This document shows, one piece after another, positions 49,955 to 60,202 of a stretch of 64,000 bases of DNA. The stretch is from Nitrospinales bacterium (GTDB lineage Bacteria; Nitrospinota; Nitrospinia; Nitrospinales; VA-1). The DNA is taken from positions 640,001 through 704,000 of the forward strand of contig CBDCXL010000002.1 in assembly GCA_965223795.1 (NCBI GenBank), in the 5' to 3' direction. The position numbers and the translations under genes are program-made. The stretch's first letter is position 1. Each line of letters begins with the position of its first letter. The notes beneath the pieces were generated by a model. It was not told the DNA's origin. It worked only from the letters and a program-made list of their open reading frames with translations, and made no database searches.

Positions 49955-50116
49955 ATGTATGAAGTGAAAGTTTACGATAATTCCGGAAAGTTAAAAAAAG
50001 TGATTTCGGAGAAGGCTTTGATCAAGCGCTCCACCCACATGTTGACCGCTCCGGCGGACTTCCGAAAAGGCAAAAAAGTCAAAACCCCGGTCAAGGCTGC
50101 CAAGAAAAGTTCCTGA
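49955..50116 (+). CDS. Small basic protein of 53 aa (EV.VY...GKL.KVI family), below the ORF-track cutoff
   Basis: Manual translation MYEVKVYDNSGKLKKVISEKALIKRSTHMLTAPADFRKGKKVKTPVKAAKKSS; GGTGAG RBS; similar to 4934-5158. Confidence 0.7.
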   Translation: MYEVKVYDNSGKLKKVISEKALIKRSTHMLTAPADFRKGKKVKTPVKAAKKSS

Positions 50117-50293
50117 TTGCTGGAATGGCCGCGGGCGACGAAGCCGTGTGTCGTGCGAACGGCATCCGGTCCTTCCGCCCCCCGGGCCGGCCCATTTGAC
50201 TCCACAGGTATTAAACTCCTTCCGATTTTTTGCGATCGGGCACAGCCGGGACGCAATTCCGCATAGCCGCCCAGAAAGGGGAGATCCCGAATC

Positions 50294-50563
50294 ATGAAAT
50301 TGTACGTCGGCAACCTGCCGTTTCAGGCCACGGACGATATGCTGCGAGACCTGTTCTCCACTCACGGGGAAGTGACCGAAATCAACCGGGTCATGAACAC
50401 GTTCACCGGCCAGCACAAAGGTTTCGGTTTCGTCGAAATGCCGCGGCAGGCTGACGCGGAAGCCGCCATGAAAGCGTTGAACGGATCTTCACTGAACGGC
50501 AACAATCTCATCGTCCGGCTGGCCAAACCCGAAGTCAAGCGTTCCAAGCGGCGGCGGCGCTGA
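50294..50563 (+). CDS. RRM (RNP-1) RNA-binding protein
   Basis: RNP2 LYVGNL, RNP1 KGFGFVEM, basic tail. Confidence 0.93.
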   Translation: MKLYVGNLPFQATDDMLRDLFSTHGEVTEINRVMNTFTGQHKGFGFVEMPRQADAEAAMKALNGSSLNGNNLIVRLAKPEVKRSKRRRR

Positions 50564-50649
50564 ATCCTCCCGCACATCCCCACCTGCTTTCCCGGCTTTC
50601 CTGAAATTTTCTTTACCCGGCTTCCGGGCTGGATTACCCTGAACGAACG

Positions 50650-50757
50650 AGACCTTTGCATAACTCGGTCCGTTTTGTCACCCAGAACTTGTCGAAGGGG
50701 GCTGGACGATGCTTCGACAGGCTCAGCATGACAAAAATGCAATGATTGCAAAGGTCT
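50650..50757. mobile_element. MITE-like element: 11-bp TIRs enclosing an inverted REP-like copy 5 (50673-50736)
   Basis: AGACCTTTGCA (50650-50660) and TGCAAAGGTCT (50747-50757) form a perfect inverted repeat. Confidence 0.55.
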
Positions 50758-50776
50758 AAAAATTGGAGCGTTGGAC

Positions 50777-51232
50777 ATGGAACTCGGCGTCATCTCGGAC
50801 ACGCACGGACTGGTGCGGCCGGAAGTCTATCCGGCTCTTGAGGGAGTGGACCTGATCCTGCACGCGGGGGACATCGGCGGACTGGACGTGATTCTGGAGC
50901 TGGAGCCTTTGGCGCCGGTGCGCGCGGTGGCGGGGAACAACGATCCGGACCTGCTGCACAAATTCGCCGAAGAGACGACGTTCACGCTCGAAGGGAAATC
51001 CTTCCGCCTGCTGCACATCTTCCGCGACGTTCCGGAGGAGGAAGACGCCGGGGCGGTGAGGAATATCGTGGTGTTCGGCCATTCCCACAAACCGGTCAAC
51101 CGAATCGCCAACGGCACGCTGTATTTCAATCCGGGAAGCGCGGGACCGCGCCGGTTCAACCTGCCTGTGACCGTCGGACGGATCACGATCACCGCCGATT
51201 CCGTCCGCGGGGACATCCTGCCCCTGCTTTGA
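50777..51232 (+). CDS. YfcE/MJ0936-family metallophosphoesterase
   Basis: ISDTHG, HAGD, GNND, GHSH and NPGS motifs. Confidence 0.9.
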   Translation: MELGVISDTHGLVRPEVYPALEGVDLILHAGDIGGLDVILELEPLAPVRAVAGNNDPDLLHKFAEETTFTLEGKSFRLLHIFRDVPEEEDAGAVRNIVVFGHSHKPVNRIANGTLYFNPGSAGPRRFNLPVTVGRITITADSVRGDILPLL

Positions 51233-51246
51233 AACCCGATTGACTG

Positions 51247-53133
51247 TCAGATGCCCTTGCCCAGCGCCTTGTCCAGGTTGTAGGCGGCGCTGATGAGCGC
51301 GAGATGGGTGAACGCCTGCGGGTAGTTGCCGAGCTGCTCGCCGTGGGAGCCGACTTCCTCGGCGTACAGGCCCAGGTGGTTGGCGAAGGTGAGCATCTTT
51401 TCGAAGATCATGCGCGATTCGGTCAGCCGTCCCGCTCTTGTGAGCGCCTCGACCAGCCAGAAGGTGCACATGGAGAACGTGCCCTCGCCGCCGGTGATGC
51501 CGTCGTCGTATTCGCTGTTCTTGTAACGGTAGACCAGGCTGTCGGACACCAGGTTCTTCATGATCTGGTCGATGGTGGACAACATCCTGGGATCGGTGGG
51601 CGAGATGAACATGACGAGCGGCATGATCAGCGTGCTGGCATCCAGCGTGGTGGAGCCGTAATACTGCACGAAGCTGCCGATGTCGGGGTTCCATCCTTTT
51701 TCCATCACCTCTTCATAGATCTGGTCGCGGGTGCGCAGCCAGCGTTCCTGCGGCGCGGGGAAGCTGCGCTTGTTGGCGAGCCGGAGCCCGCGGTCCAGCG
51801 CCACCCAGCACATCACCTTGGAATACACGAAGTGCTGGCGGCCGCCGCGCACTTCCCAGATGCCCTCGTCCGGGTGCATCCAGTTGTCGCACACCCAGTC
51901 CAGAAGGCGGCGCAGGTTGACCCAGAGATCGTAGGAAATCGGCTGGCCGTATTTGTTGTACAGATACACCGAATCCATCAGCTCGCCGTAGATATCGAGC
52001 TGCAGCTGCTTGTGCGCGGCGTTGCCGATGCGCACGGGCCGGGAGTTGTTCCATCCGGTCAGGTGCAACAGCTCCATTTCCGGCAGGTCGTGCTCGCCGC
52101 GGATGCCGTACATGATCTGCAGCGAGCCGTCGGGATTGAGTTCGTCGCAGCGGTGTTCGAGCCACTTCATGAAGGCGTCCGATTCCTCGGTGAAACCCAG
52201 CCTGAGCAGGCCGTACAGAGTGAAGCTGGCATCGCGGATCCAGGTGAAGCGGTAGTCCCAGTTGCGCTTGCCTTCCAGCTCTTCGGGCAGGCTGGTGGTG
52301 GGCGCGGCGACGATGGCGCCGGTGGGCGCGAAGGTCAGCAGCTTGAGCGTGAGCGCGGAACGGTTCACCATCTCCCGCCAGCGGCCGCGGTAATGGCTGC
52401 GGGCCAGCCAGGCGCGCCAGTAATCGCAGGTGGAGCCGAACAGTTCGATGGCGTCGCGTTTCAGTTCGCAGAGTTCCTCCCTGCGGTTCACCGCTTCTTC
52501 GGCGCCCTTGATGAAAAAATACTGCGCCTCGCCCGACTTGAGGCAGAACTCGGAATACACACCGCTGCCCTCTTTCCCGAGAGTCACATGCGAGTGCAGG
52601 CCCAGCATCATGTCGCCGCTTTCGAACACGGCGCCTTCCTTCTGCAAGTGCACCTTGTGTTCCTTGCGCCCGTAATCGAAGGCGGGGAAGCATTCCAGCT
52701 TGAACTTGAGCTCGCCGCGCACCACGCGCACCATGCGGATGACCTGACAGGCGGCGCGGTCGCCGGCGTCTTCCAGGCGGGCGCCCATGGGCATGAAATC
52801 GGTGACCTCGCCGACGCCGTCCTTGTGCAGAAACCGCGTCACCAGGACGTTGGTGTCGGGGCGGTACAACTGCTTTTTCTTGAAGTTGCCGACCGGGGCG
52901 ATCTTGAAATAGCCACCCTTGTCGCGGTCCAGCAGGGCTGCGAACACGCTGGGGGAATCGAAATGGGGGTAGCACAGCCAGTCTATGGAACCCTCGACGC
53001 TGACCAGCGCCACGGTGTGCATGTTGCCGATGATGCCGTAGTTTTCGATCGGCTGGTCCCTGGGACCCTGGAAGGGGTCCTTCAGGCGTTCCACAAAGGA
53101 TTTTTCCTGGTTCTGGGAACTCATGTCGTCCAT
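51247..53133 (-). CDS. Glycoside hydrolase family 15 (trehalase/glucoamylase-like)
   Basis: [35 protein letters not shown] and [10 protein letters not shown] motifs. Confidence 0.93.
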   Translation of the reverse strand: MDDMSSQNQEKSFVERLKDPFQGPRDQPIENYGIIGNMHTVALVSVEGSIDWLCYPHFDSPSVFAALLDRDKGGYFKIAPVGNFKKKQLYRPDTNVLVTRFLHKDGVGEVTDFMPMGARLEDAGDRAACQVIRMVRVVRGELKFKLECFPAFDYGRKEHKVHLQKEGAVFESGDMMLGLHSHVTLGKEGSGVYSEFCLKSGEAQYFFIKGAEEAVNRREELCELKRDAIELFGSTCDYWRAWLARSHYRGRWREMVNRSALTLKLLTFAPTGAIVAAPTTSLPEELEGKRNWDYRFTWIRDASFTLYGLLRLGFTEESDAFMKWLEHRCDELNPDGSLQIMYGIRGEHDLPEMELLHLTGWNNSRPVRIGNAAHKQLQLDIYGELMDSVYLYNKYGQPISYDLWVNLRRLLDWVCDNWMHPDEGIWEVRGGRQHFVYSKVMCWVALDRGLRLANKRSFPAPQERWLRTRDQIYEEVMEKGWNPDIGSFVQYYGSTTLDASTLIMPLVMFISPTDPRMLSTIDQIMKNLVSDSLVYRYKNSEYDDGITGGEGTFSMCTFWLVEALTRAGRLTESRMIFEKMLTFANHLGLYAEEVGSHGEQLGNYPQAFTHLALISAAYNLDKALGKGI

Positions 53134-53271
53134 CGCCCGGCCTCCGTTCGGCATGAAATCAAAGGAGTTTTGCCTGGAAGCCCAGCGGCCTCCGATAACG
53201 AACCCCCTAAAAATATGATAACACCTTTTTTTTTAATAACTTACTATTTTTCCGGCCGGCTTCCCAGGCGA

Positions 53272-53688
53272 TCAGGCTGAATCGATCTGCGACTCGCGGG
53301 GAACGCTGGGGACCGAGGATGCGTGGTGCAGGACCATCTTCCAGCCGCCGCGGGCGCGTTTGAACAGATTGGTCGCGTGCACCTTGGACACCTGCACGCC
53401 GGACATGGACATGGCGAACAGGTTTTCCTGGCAGCTCACCCAGATCACGTCCGGGTAGAGGGTCAGCTCGATCTCGGAGAGGCGGATTTCCAGGTTTTCC
53501 GAGCCCAGAAAGATGTTGGCCCAGGATTTCATGATCGAATCGAACCCGCGCAGCACCTCCCAGCCGGGATGGATGCAGGCCACGGCCTCGTCCTGGTGCC
53601 AGACATTTTTCATCAGGTCCAGGTCGCGGCCATTGAAAGCCTTGTAGAACTTTTCGTTGGCTTTTAACGCTTCGTCGTGAACAGACAT
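53272..53688 (-). CDS. SnoaL-like / NTF2-fold protein
   Basis: ANEKFYKAF, CIHPGW, ATNLF and WKMVLHHAS motifs. Confidence 0.85.
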   Translation of the reverse strand: MSVHDEALKANEKFYKAFNGRDLDLMKNVWHQDEAVACIHPGWEVLRGFDSIMKSWANIFLGSENLEIRLSEIELTLYPDVIWVSCQENLFAMSMSGVQVSKVHATNLFKRARGGWKMVLHHASSVPSVPRESQIDSA

Positions 53689-53734
53689 CGATCCTCTCGC
53701 CGGTGGGCGCGCCGCCGGGCTGGTTTTCCGTTAT

Positions 53735-54343
53735 TCAGATTTTCTTGTTGTTCAGCAGGTATTCGATGGCTTCAAAGGTCTCGTCGGATTCCCAGTTCTT
53801 CGCGCCGTCCACGCGGGCCACCACCCTTCCCTGCTGATCGATCACGAAGGTGAAGGGAATGCTGATGGTGGGATACAGTTTTTCCGCCTTGCCTTTGTGG
53901 TCCATCAGGACCGGGAACGACAGCCTGTATTCTTCCACGAAATCTTTCACCTTGGCATCGGAATTTTTATCCAGGCTCACGGCCAGCACGGTCAGGCCCT
54001 GGGAGCGGTAGCGGCGGTACAGATTCTCGAACGCGGGCATCTCCACGCGGCAGGGCACGCACCAGGTGGCCCAGAAATTGAGAATCACCACCTGCCCGCG
54101 AAAGCTCGACAGGTCGACCTGGTTGCCTTTGAGGTTGCTCAGGCTGAACGGCGGCGCCAGGAATCCCACTTCGGGTTTTTCCTGCTCGCTGCTTTCCTGG
54201 ATATCCAGCTCTTCCACCGACAACGGCTCTTCATTGAAATGCTGGAATAAAAAGAACATCGCCGCGATGAACAGCACCCCGAACAGGGCGGCGTACTTTT
54301 TAATGGGAATAGAGCTTTTCTTTTTTAATTCGGTCGATTTCAT
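53735..54343 (-). CDS. ccmG: TlpA/CcmG-like membrane-anchored thioredoxin
   Basis: NFWATWCVPCRVEMP; N-terminal TM; position at the end of the ccm operon. Confidence 0.8.
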   Translation of the reverse strand: MKSTELKKKSSIPIKKYAALFGVLFIAAMFFLFQHFNEEPLSVEELDIQESSEQEKPEVGFLAPPFSLSNLKGNQVDLSSFRGQVVILNFWATWCVPCRVEMPAFENLYRRYRSQGLTVLAVSLDKNSDAKVKDFVEEYRLSFPVLMDHKGKAEKLYPTISIPFTFVIDQQGRVVARVDGAKNWESDETFEAIEYLLNNKKI

Positions 54344-55001
54344 CTTTCATCTTTTCTTGCTGCACCCTCTGCCCCATCAACGTGAAATACAACAGGGTGA
54401 ACGCTCCCAGCGAGATGAACAGGGTGATCAGCATGGGGGTCTGCATGCCCGAGCCGAAGCCTTCCGGCGTGACGACTTTCGGCAGCGGATGAAACGCGCG
54501 CCACCACAGAACGGAAAAGTGGATGAGCGGCACGTCGAGAAAACCCACGATGCCCAGCACCGCCGCGTAGCGCGCCCGCATCGACCCGGCGTCGGTCTGG
54601 CCGCGCAGCATGAGATAGGCCACATAAATGAGCAGCAGGATCAGCGTCGTGGTCAGGCGGGCGTCCCAGACCCACCAGGCGCCCCAGATCGGCTTGGCCC
54701 AAATGGGCCCGGTTATGAGCACGAGCGAACAGAAGACGACGCCGATTTCCGCCGAGGCGTGGGCGTAGATATCCCATTCGCGTTCCTTCTTCCACAGAAA
54801 CAGAATGCTGCACACGAACACGACGAAAAAAGCGAAAAAGGAGATCCAGGCGCAGGGCACGTGAAAATACATGATGCGCTGCACCGCCCCTTCCGTCTTT
54901 TCGGTGGGAACGTAGATGTAGATGGCGATGATGGCCGCCAGGATCGCCGCGGCGGTGAGCCCGATCAGGAAAAAACCATCCCTGCTCTCTTCCTGATTCA
55001 T
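54300..55001 (-). CDS. ccmC: Heme exporter / cytochrome c biogenesis protein CcmC
   Basis: RIMYFHVP, WWD domain WAKPIWGAWWVWDARL, and WWRAFHP. Confidence 0.93.
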   Translation of the reverse strand: MNQEESRDGFFLIGLTAAAILAAIIAIYIYVPTEKTEGAVQRIMYFHVPCAWISFFAFFVVFVCSILFLWKKEREWDIYAHASAEIGVVFCSLVLITGPIWAKPIWGAWWVWDARLTTTLILLLIYVAYLMLRGQTDAGSMRARYAAVLGIVGFLDVPLIHFSVLWWRAFHPLPKVVTPEGFGSGMQTPMLITLFISLGAFTLLYFTLMGQRVQQEKMKDEIDRIKKEKLYSH

Positions 55002-55147
55002 TGGCCGGACTCCTTGTCGAACGCTTCTTTCAGCAGATCGAGATCCCGCTTGAGCGCGTGGTTGCGCTTTTTCAGGGTGATCAGGTAGACGATGACGCCT
55101 GCCCAGACAAAAGCGTTCGCCGCGAATAAAAATCCCAGGTGATTCAT
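54998..55147 (-). CDS. ccmD: CcmD-like small membrane protein (49 aa, not in the ORF track)
   Basis: MNHLGFLFAANAFVWAGVIVYLITLKKRNHALKRDLDLLKEAFDKESGQ: one TM plus a charged tail; ATGA overlap with ccmC. Confidence 0.8.
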   Translation of the reverse strand: MNHLGFLFAANAFVWAGVIVYLITLKKRNHALKRDLDLLKEAFDKESGQ

Positions 55148-55151
55148 TCAC

Positions 55152-55832
55152 CTACTCCTCTAAGATGTGATCGATGGTCAGGATGGAAGCCCCTATATAT
55201 ATGATATCAAAACAAACCGTCAACCCGATCCAATTCATCATGCTGGACAATTCCTCGCCCGCCAGAAGCTGGCTGGTCATGCGCACGGAGCCGATGGCCA
55301 CCGGAACGATCAGCGGATAAAGCAGGATGGGCAGCATGATCTCGCGGGTCTTGAGGTTGGAGGACAGCGAGGACAGCAGCGTCCCGATGGCGCAAAACCC
55401 CAGCGTTCCCAACAGGATCACCACCAGCAGCGGTCCCAGGTGCGCCAGCAGATCGACGTTGAAAAAAATCATGAATATGGGAAGCAGGAAGGATTCCATG
55501 ATCAGGAGAAACACGAAATTGCTGATCAGCTTGCCGAAGTAGATGGCGGTGCGGTCGGCGGGCGTCAGGATCAGCGCCTGCAGGCAGCCGTTCTCCTTTT
55601 CCAGCATGAAGGAGCGGTTGAGCCCGAGCGTGCCGGCAAACAGGATCGCCACCCACAGAATCCCCGGCCCCACTTCGTTGGCCTTCTCGATGCTGAGGTT
55701 CACGGAAAAGATGAAGATCAGCATCACCAGCACGGCGAACACGAACATGCTGCTGAACAGCTCCCGGGTTTTCAGCTCGGTGGCGATGTCCTTGGCGACG
55801 ATGGCCCGGATCTGGCTCAGGTATTCGCGCAT
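55152..55832 (-). CDS. ccmB: Heme exporter protein CcmB
   Basis: KDIATELKTRE, GILW, RSFMLEKENGCL and LPILLYPL motifs; 6 TM segments. Confidence 0.92.
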   Translation of the reverse strand: MREYLSQIRAIVAKDIATELKTRELFSSMFVFAVLVMLIFIFSVNLSIEKANEVGPGILWVAILFAGTLGLNRSFMLEKENGCLQALILTPADRTAIYFGKLISNFVFLLIMESFLLPIFMIFFNVDLLAHLGPLLVVILLGTLGFCAIGTLLSSLSSNLKTREIMLPILLYPLIVPVAIGSVRMTSQLLAGEELSSMMNWIGLTVCFDIIYIGASILTIDHILEE

Positions 55833-55890
55833 GAATCAGGCCGCTCCCGGAATATGAGCGCCGGCGTTGCCGCTGTTTCCCCTGCGGAAC

Positions 55891-56622
55891 TCAAGCCTTC
55901 GCATCGTCGATGGTCGCAAAATACAACTCCTCAAGGCTCTTCGAATCGAGCGCGCCGGCAGGCTCCAGGCGCGCGAACCGCCCGCGCACCTGCACGGCGA
56001 TCGTGTCCCCCATTTCCAGCCCGCAGGAAAGATCGTGTGTGGTCATGATGAGAGTGCGGTGCTTCGTGTGCAGCGTGTGAAGATAGTCTTTCAACACGTT
56101 GGACCCGTGCGGGTCGAGGCCGGTGAACGGCTCGTCGAGAAACAGGACGGAAGGTTCGTGCAGGACCGCGCGCGCGATGGAAACGCGCTGCTGCATGCCG
56201 CGGGAAAAGGTGCGGGTGCGGTCGTGCATCCGGTCTTTCAGCCCCACTTCATCCAGCGCCTGAGCGGCGCGTTCGCGCGGACGCTCGAGGCCGTACATCC
56301 TGCCGTAAAATTCCAGGTTCTCCAGCGCGGTCAGGTCCCCGTACAGGCCGGTGGAATGGGAGATGACGCCGATGTTGCGCCGCATTTCCGCATCGGTTTC
56401 GCGGATGTCGAAGCCAACCACTTTCGCCGACCCGTGCGTCGGCTTGGTGAGGCCGGACAGCATCTTGACGAGCGTGGTCTTGCCGGCTCCGTTGGGGCCG
56501 AAGATGGTGAGAAACGCGCCGCGCTGAAGGCTGAAGCTGATGCCGTTCACCGCCTTGATGACGCCGAAGGATTTTTGCAGATTCTCAACTTCAATGACGG
56601 CAGGACTGGCGGGATCGGACAT
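55891..56622 (-). CDS. ccmA: Heme ABC exporter ATPase CcmA
   Basis: GPNGAGKTT, LTALENL, FSRGMQQR and LDEPFTGLD motifs; ccm context. Confidence 0.9.
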   Translation of the reverse strand: MSDPASPAVIEVENLQKSFGVIKAVNGISFSLQRGAFLTIFGPNGAGKTTLVKMLSGLTKPTHGSAKVVGFDIRETDAEMRRNIGVISHSTGLYGDLTALENLEFYGRMYGLERPRERAAQALDEVGLKDRMHDRTRTFSRGMQQRVSIARAVLHEPSVLFLDEPFTGLDPHGSNVLKDYLHTLHTKHRTLIMTTHDLSCGLEMGDTIAVQVRGRFARLEPAGALDSKSLEELYFATIDDAKA

Positions 56623-56737
56623 GGCGAAGGGACGGTGTCAAACAGCGTGCGCCCGGCTTTGCTGCGGGCCGGCTGCCTGAAGAAAACGGATCGTGAGTGA
56701 ATGGAGCGAATCGCACCCGCCGTGCGGGTGACCGGGT

Positions 56738-57076
56738 CTAAAGGACGTTCGCATGCCGGAGGCTTTTGCCGCCCTTTTTTTTCTGCTTTTCCAGTTCGTC
56801 GAGCCGTTCCAGAATGCCCGCGGCCTCCAGTTCCAGCTTGCCTCGCAAGTCTTCGTAATCGGCGGCTGAAATTTTATCGGTCTTGAAATCGAACTCCAGG
56901 TCCTTGATCGACAGCAGCACTTCCTCCTTGCGCACCAGAAGGTGCTTGAATTCCTCACCGAGCTTGTCGGGCTTGGAAAAGAGCTTGATCTTGGAAAGGC
57001 CGCGAAACAACGGAATTCCCACCGCCGCGAGGATGGCAACCACCAGTATGAGTTCTATGAAATGAACAAATCGCAT
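56738..57076 (-). CDS. CcmI N-terminal-domain-like protein without TPRs
   Basis: TM followed by IKDLEFDFKTDKISAADYEDLRGKLE; ccm context. Confidence 0.6.
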   Translation of the reverse strand: MRFVHFIELILVVAILAAVGIPLFRGLSKIKLFSKPDKLGEEFKHLLVRKEEVLLSIKDLEFDFKTDKISAADYEDLRGKLELEAAGILERLDELEKQKKKGGKSLRHANVL

Positions 57077-57078
57077 TC

Positions 57079-57558
57079 CTAGAACTCAATCTTGTCCAGT
57101 TCCTGCTTGAGCCGGTTGGAATATTTGCTGGAGATGGTTTTGGGTTCGGACTCCGCGCCGGACTCGCCGCTTGCTGTGCGGCGCTTCCACACCTCGATGA
57201 TCTTGCCGATCCCGAGCCCGCCCGCCATGAGGGCGACAAAAGGCATCACCCAGGCCGTCAGGTTGAATCCGTCTTTGGTGGGTGCGGACAAAACGGTCTC
57301 GCCGTGTTTTTCCACCTGCATGTCGATGATGTTCTGCACGGTGAGTCCGGAGTCGAGCAGCTTGGTGAACTCGGCGCGGGTTTTGTCGGAAGTGGCGCAG
57401 GTGCAGTTGATCAGCACCTTGCCGCATTTGTCGTCGCACTTGCACATGAGGGCGTTTTCCAGGTCGGCCAGCATCTCCGCCGACTGAGCGGACGGCGCCG
57501 TGCCGAGGGTCCACAACCCGAGCAGTAACAGTATGGGAAACACGATGCGTGCTTTCAT
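57079..57558 (-). CDS. ccmH: CcmH/CycL-like protein
   Basis: Signal peptide, LMCKCDDKC..NCTC, HGETVLSAP, then AWVMPF TM. Confidence 0.8.
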   Translation of the reverse strand: MKARIVFPILLLLGLWTLGTAPSAQSAEMLADLENALMCKCDDKCGKVLINCTCATSDKTRAEFTKLLDSGLTVQNIIDMQVEKHGETVLSAPTKDGFNLTAWVMPFVALMAGGLGIGKIIEVWKRRTASGESGAESEPKTISSKYSNRLKQELDKIEF

Positions 57559-57565
57559 GATGCGG

Positions 57566-59581
57566 TCACTCCTGCTGTGCCGGCGAGAACACCGCTTCCA
57601 GCCGGTTGAGCCGTTCCAGACGCCGCCGCTGCTCCAGCCGGTCCGGCCAGATGCAGATCACGGTGCCGAAGGCGATGACCCAGCCGCCGGTCCAGATCCA
57701 GCTCACCATGGGATTGAGGTACACCTTGATGGTGGCGGATTCGTCCTCGCGGAAATCGGCGAGGATGAGGTACACGTCCTGGCGGATGGTGGACAGCACG
57801 TCCACTTCGGAGACGGGCTGATTCTGGCCCTTGTAAAATTCCTTTTCGGGTTTTCCCACCCACACGCGCTCGCCGCCTTTGTAGACGCCGATCTGGGCGA
57901 TCACCCGGGTTTTCACCGAGGTGGCCTCCACGGCGGTCAGCCGCTCGTAGGTGAAGGTGTAGTCGCGCAGCTGGATGCTCTCGCCGATTTTCAAGTGCTT
58001 CTGGTCGTGAATCCCGTAAGCCTGGGAACCGGCGATGCCCGCGAAGATCAGCACGACGCCGATGTGAACGATGTAGCCGCCGTAGCGCCGCTTGTTGCGC
58101 CAGGTCAGCGAGGTCAGGGCTCCGGGAAACGATTCGCTGTGCATGCCCATACGGGCGGCCGACCCCTTGAGAAACTCCGCCAGGATACAGGACATCACGA
58201 ACACGCACAAAACAAAAGTGATGTAGGAATAAATCTCCGCCCGGTTGCCGAGCGGGATGAACGGGAACACCGCCGCGGCGAACACCAGCGCGATGAGCAA
58301 GGGCTTGAGAAAGTTCTTGCGCAAGTTGGACCAGGTGGCGCGCCGCCAGGCGATGACCGGGCCGATGCCGATCAGCGCGAGCAGCACCAGGCCGATGGGA
58401 ACGTTGACCTGGTTGTAGAACGGCGGACCGACGGTGATCTTGATGCCGCGCACCGCCTCGGAGATGATGGGGAAGATGGTGCCCCAGAAGGTGGCGAAAC
58501 CGATGCCGAGCAGCACCAGGTTGTTGATCAGAAAACTGCTCTCGCGCGAGAGAAACGAATCCAGTTCGTTTTTACTTTTAAGCAAAGGCAGCCGCATGAT
58601 GATCATGGTCACGCAGACGACGACGATGACCGCGAGAAACCCCAGGAAGATGTAGCCCAGGGTCGCTTCGTCGAAGGTGTGCACGGACTGGATCAGGCCG
58701 CTGCGGGTGATGAAGGTCCCGAAGATCGTCATGATGAAGGTCAACAGGACGAGGGACATGTTCCAGACTTTCATCATGTCCTTTTTTTCCTGGATCTGGA
58801 TCGAGTGCAGAAACGCGGTGGCGACGAGCAGCGGCATGAACGCGGCGTTTTCCACCGGGTCCCACGCCCAGTAGCCGCCCCACCCCAGCTCGACGTACGC
58901 CCAGGCGGCGCCGAACAGGTTGCCCATGCAGAGGAAGAACCAGGCGAGCAGCGTCCACTTGCGCGTCAGGCGGATCCAGCCGTCGTCCAGGTTCTTGGTG
59001 ATCAGGGCCGCCATCGCGAACGCGAACGGCACGGTCATCCCCACATAGCCGAGGTAGAGCGTGGGCGGGTGGATCACCATCCAGTAATTCTGCAGCAGGG
59101 GATTGAGTCCGCGGCCGTCTTCCGGCGGCGCGGGAATGCGCTCGAAGGGATTGGTGGAAAAATTGAGCAGGAACAGAAAGAAGATGACGATCAGCAGCAT
59201 CACCGTCATCGCGTAAGGCATCAGCTGCACGTTGCGCTTTCTGTTCTGAAAATACACCACCGACATGTAGGTGGTGAGGATCAGCGTCCAGAACAGGAGC
59301 GACCCTTTCTGCCCGCCCCAGAACGAAGCGAATTTGTAAAACGGGTCCAGCTCGCGGTTGGAATAGGCCCACACGTACTGCAGGCTGAAGTCGTTCGTCA
59401 TGAACGCCTTCCACAGGCAGATCGATGCGACCACGACGCAGCCCCAGACGATGAGCGGGGTCTTGTCGGCGCTGAGGTAAAGATCGATGCGGTTGCCGCG
59501 CACCGCCATGACGTAGGCCACGCAGCCATACAGTGCGGTGGCCAGGGCTACCAGTAATATGAATTCACCGAGATCGTTCAT
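57566..59581 (-). CDS. ccmF: Cytochrome c heme lyase CcmF
   Basis: WGGQKGSLL, GLNPLLQ..IHPP, WAYVELGWGGYWAWDPVEN and TRSG..SVHTF motifs. Confidence 0.96.
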   Translation of the reverse strand: MNDLGEFILLVALATALYGCVAYVMAVRGNRIDLYLSADKTPLIVWGCVVVASICLWKAFMTNDFSLQYVWAYSNRELDPFYKFASFWGGQKGSLLFWTLILTTYMSVVYFQNRKRNVQLMPYAMTVMLLIVIFFLFLLNFSTNPFERIPAPPEDGRGLNPLLQNYWMVIHPPTLYLGYVGMTVPFAFAMAALITKNLDDGWIRLTRKWTLLAWFFLCMGNLFGAAWAYVELGWGGYWAWDPVENAAFMPLLVATAFLHSIQIQEKKDMMKVWNMSLVLLTFIMTIFGTFITRSGLIQSVHTFDEATLGYIFLGFLAVIVVVCVTMIIMRLPLLKSKNELDSFLSRESSFLINNLVLLGIGFATFWGTIFPIISEAVRGIKITVGPPFYNQVNVPIGLVLLALIGIGPVIAWRRATWSNLRKNFLKPLLIALVFAAAVFPFIPLGNRAEIYSYITFVLCVFVMSCILAEFLKGSAARMGMHSESFPGALTSLTWRNKRRYGGYIVHIGVVLIFAGIAGSQAYGIHDQKHLKIGESIQLRDYTFTYERLTAVEATSVKTRVIAQIGVYKGGERVWVGKPEKEFYKGQNQPVSEVDVLSTIRQDVYLILADFREDESATIKVYLNPMVSWIWTGGWVIAFGTVICIWPDRLEQRRRLERLNRLEAVFSPAQQE

Positions 59582-59660
59582 GGATGACGGATTTCCCGAG
59601 CAGCGGCCGCCGGGGAGTTCCCGGCGCCGGCAGTGAGTGTCTTATATATAAGGATAGGGA

Positions 59661-60146
59661 TTATATTGTCGTCTTGGATGAGGAACCTTCGGGCTTGAGG
59701 CCGGGCTTATCCTCGGGCGACGCCGTTGTTCCCGGATGCGTTTTTCCGGCTTCCTTTTCCGCTTCATACTTCGAGGGACAACTGGTCAACAGCGTGTCGG
59801 CATGGAAAACGCCGTCGTTGGTCAGTGTCCCCTCGACGACCACTTCGCGGCCGTCGGCAAACATATCCGGAGTCACACCGTTGTAGACCACTTTGAGGTT
59901 CGATTCCTTTTCCTCGATGGAAAACCGCACTTTTAAAAAATCCTCGGGGTCGCGCTGGATCGAACCGTTGACCACGTTGCCCTTCACCTTCAGGCCTTCC
60001 CCGGTGTATGAGACGTTCTGGCTCATCAATTCGTCGACCGTGAAAAAGTACTGAGAGGTGGAACTGATTCCGGAACTGATCAGATATGCGATGGCAATCA
60101 CGATCAACAGACTGCCGACGGCAAATTTAATTTTCTTCGAATTCAT
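59661..60146 (-). CDS. ccmE: Heme chaperone CcmE, CxxxY type
   Basis: N-terminal TM, VVYNGVTPDMF..VVVEG, and LTSCPSKY. Confidence 0.92.
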   Translation of the reverse strand: MNSKKIKFAVGSLLIVIAIAYLISSGISSTSQYFFTVDELMSQNVSYTGEGLKVKGNVVNGSIQRDPEDFLKVRFSIEEKESNLKVVYNGVTPDMFADGREVVVEGTLTNDGVFHADTLLTSCPSKYEAEKEAGKTHPGTTASPEDKPGLKPEGSSSKTTI

Positions 60147-60202
60147 GTCGTTTGCGCTTCCTCGCTGGGGGGAACGAAGCAATTTATTCCTTATAAATAA
60201 AT

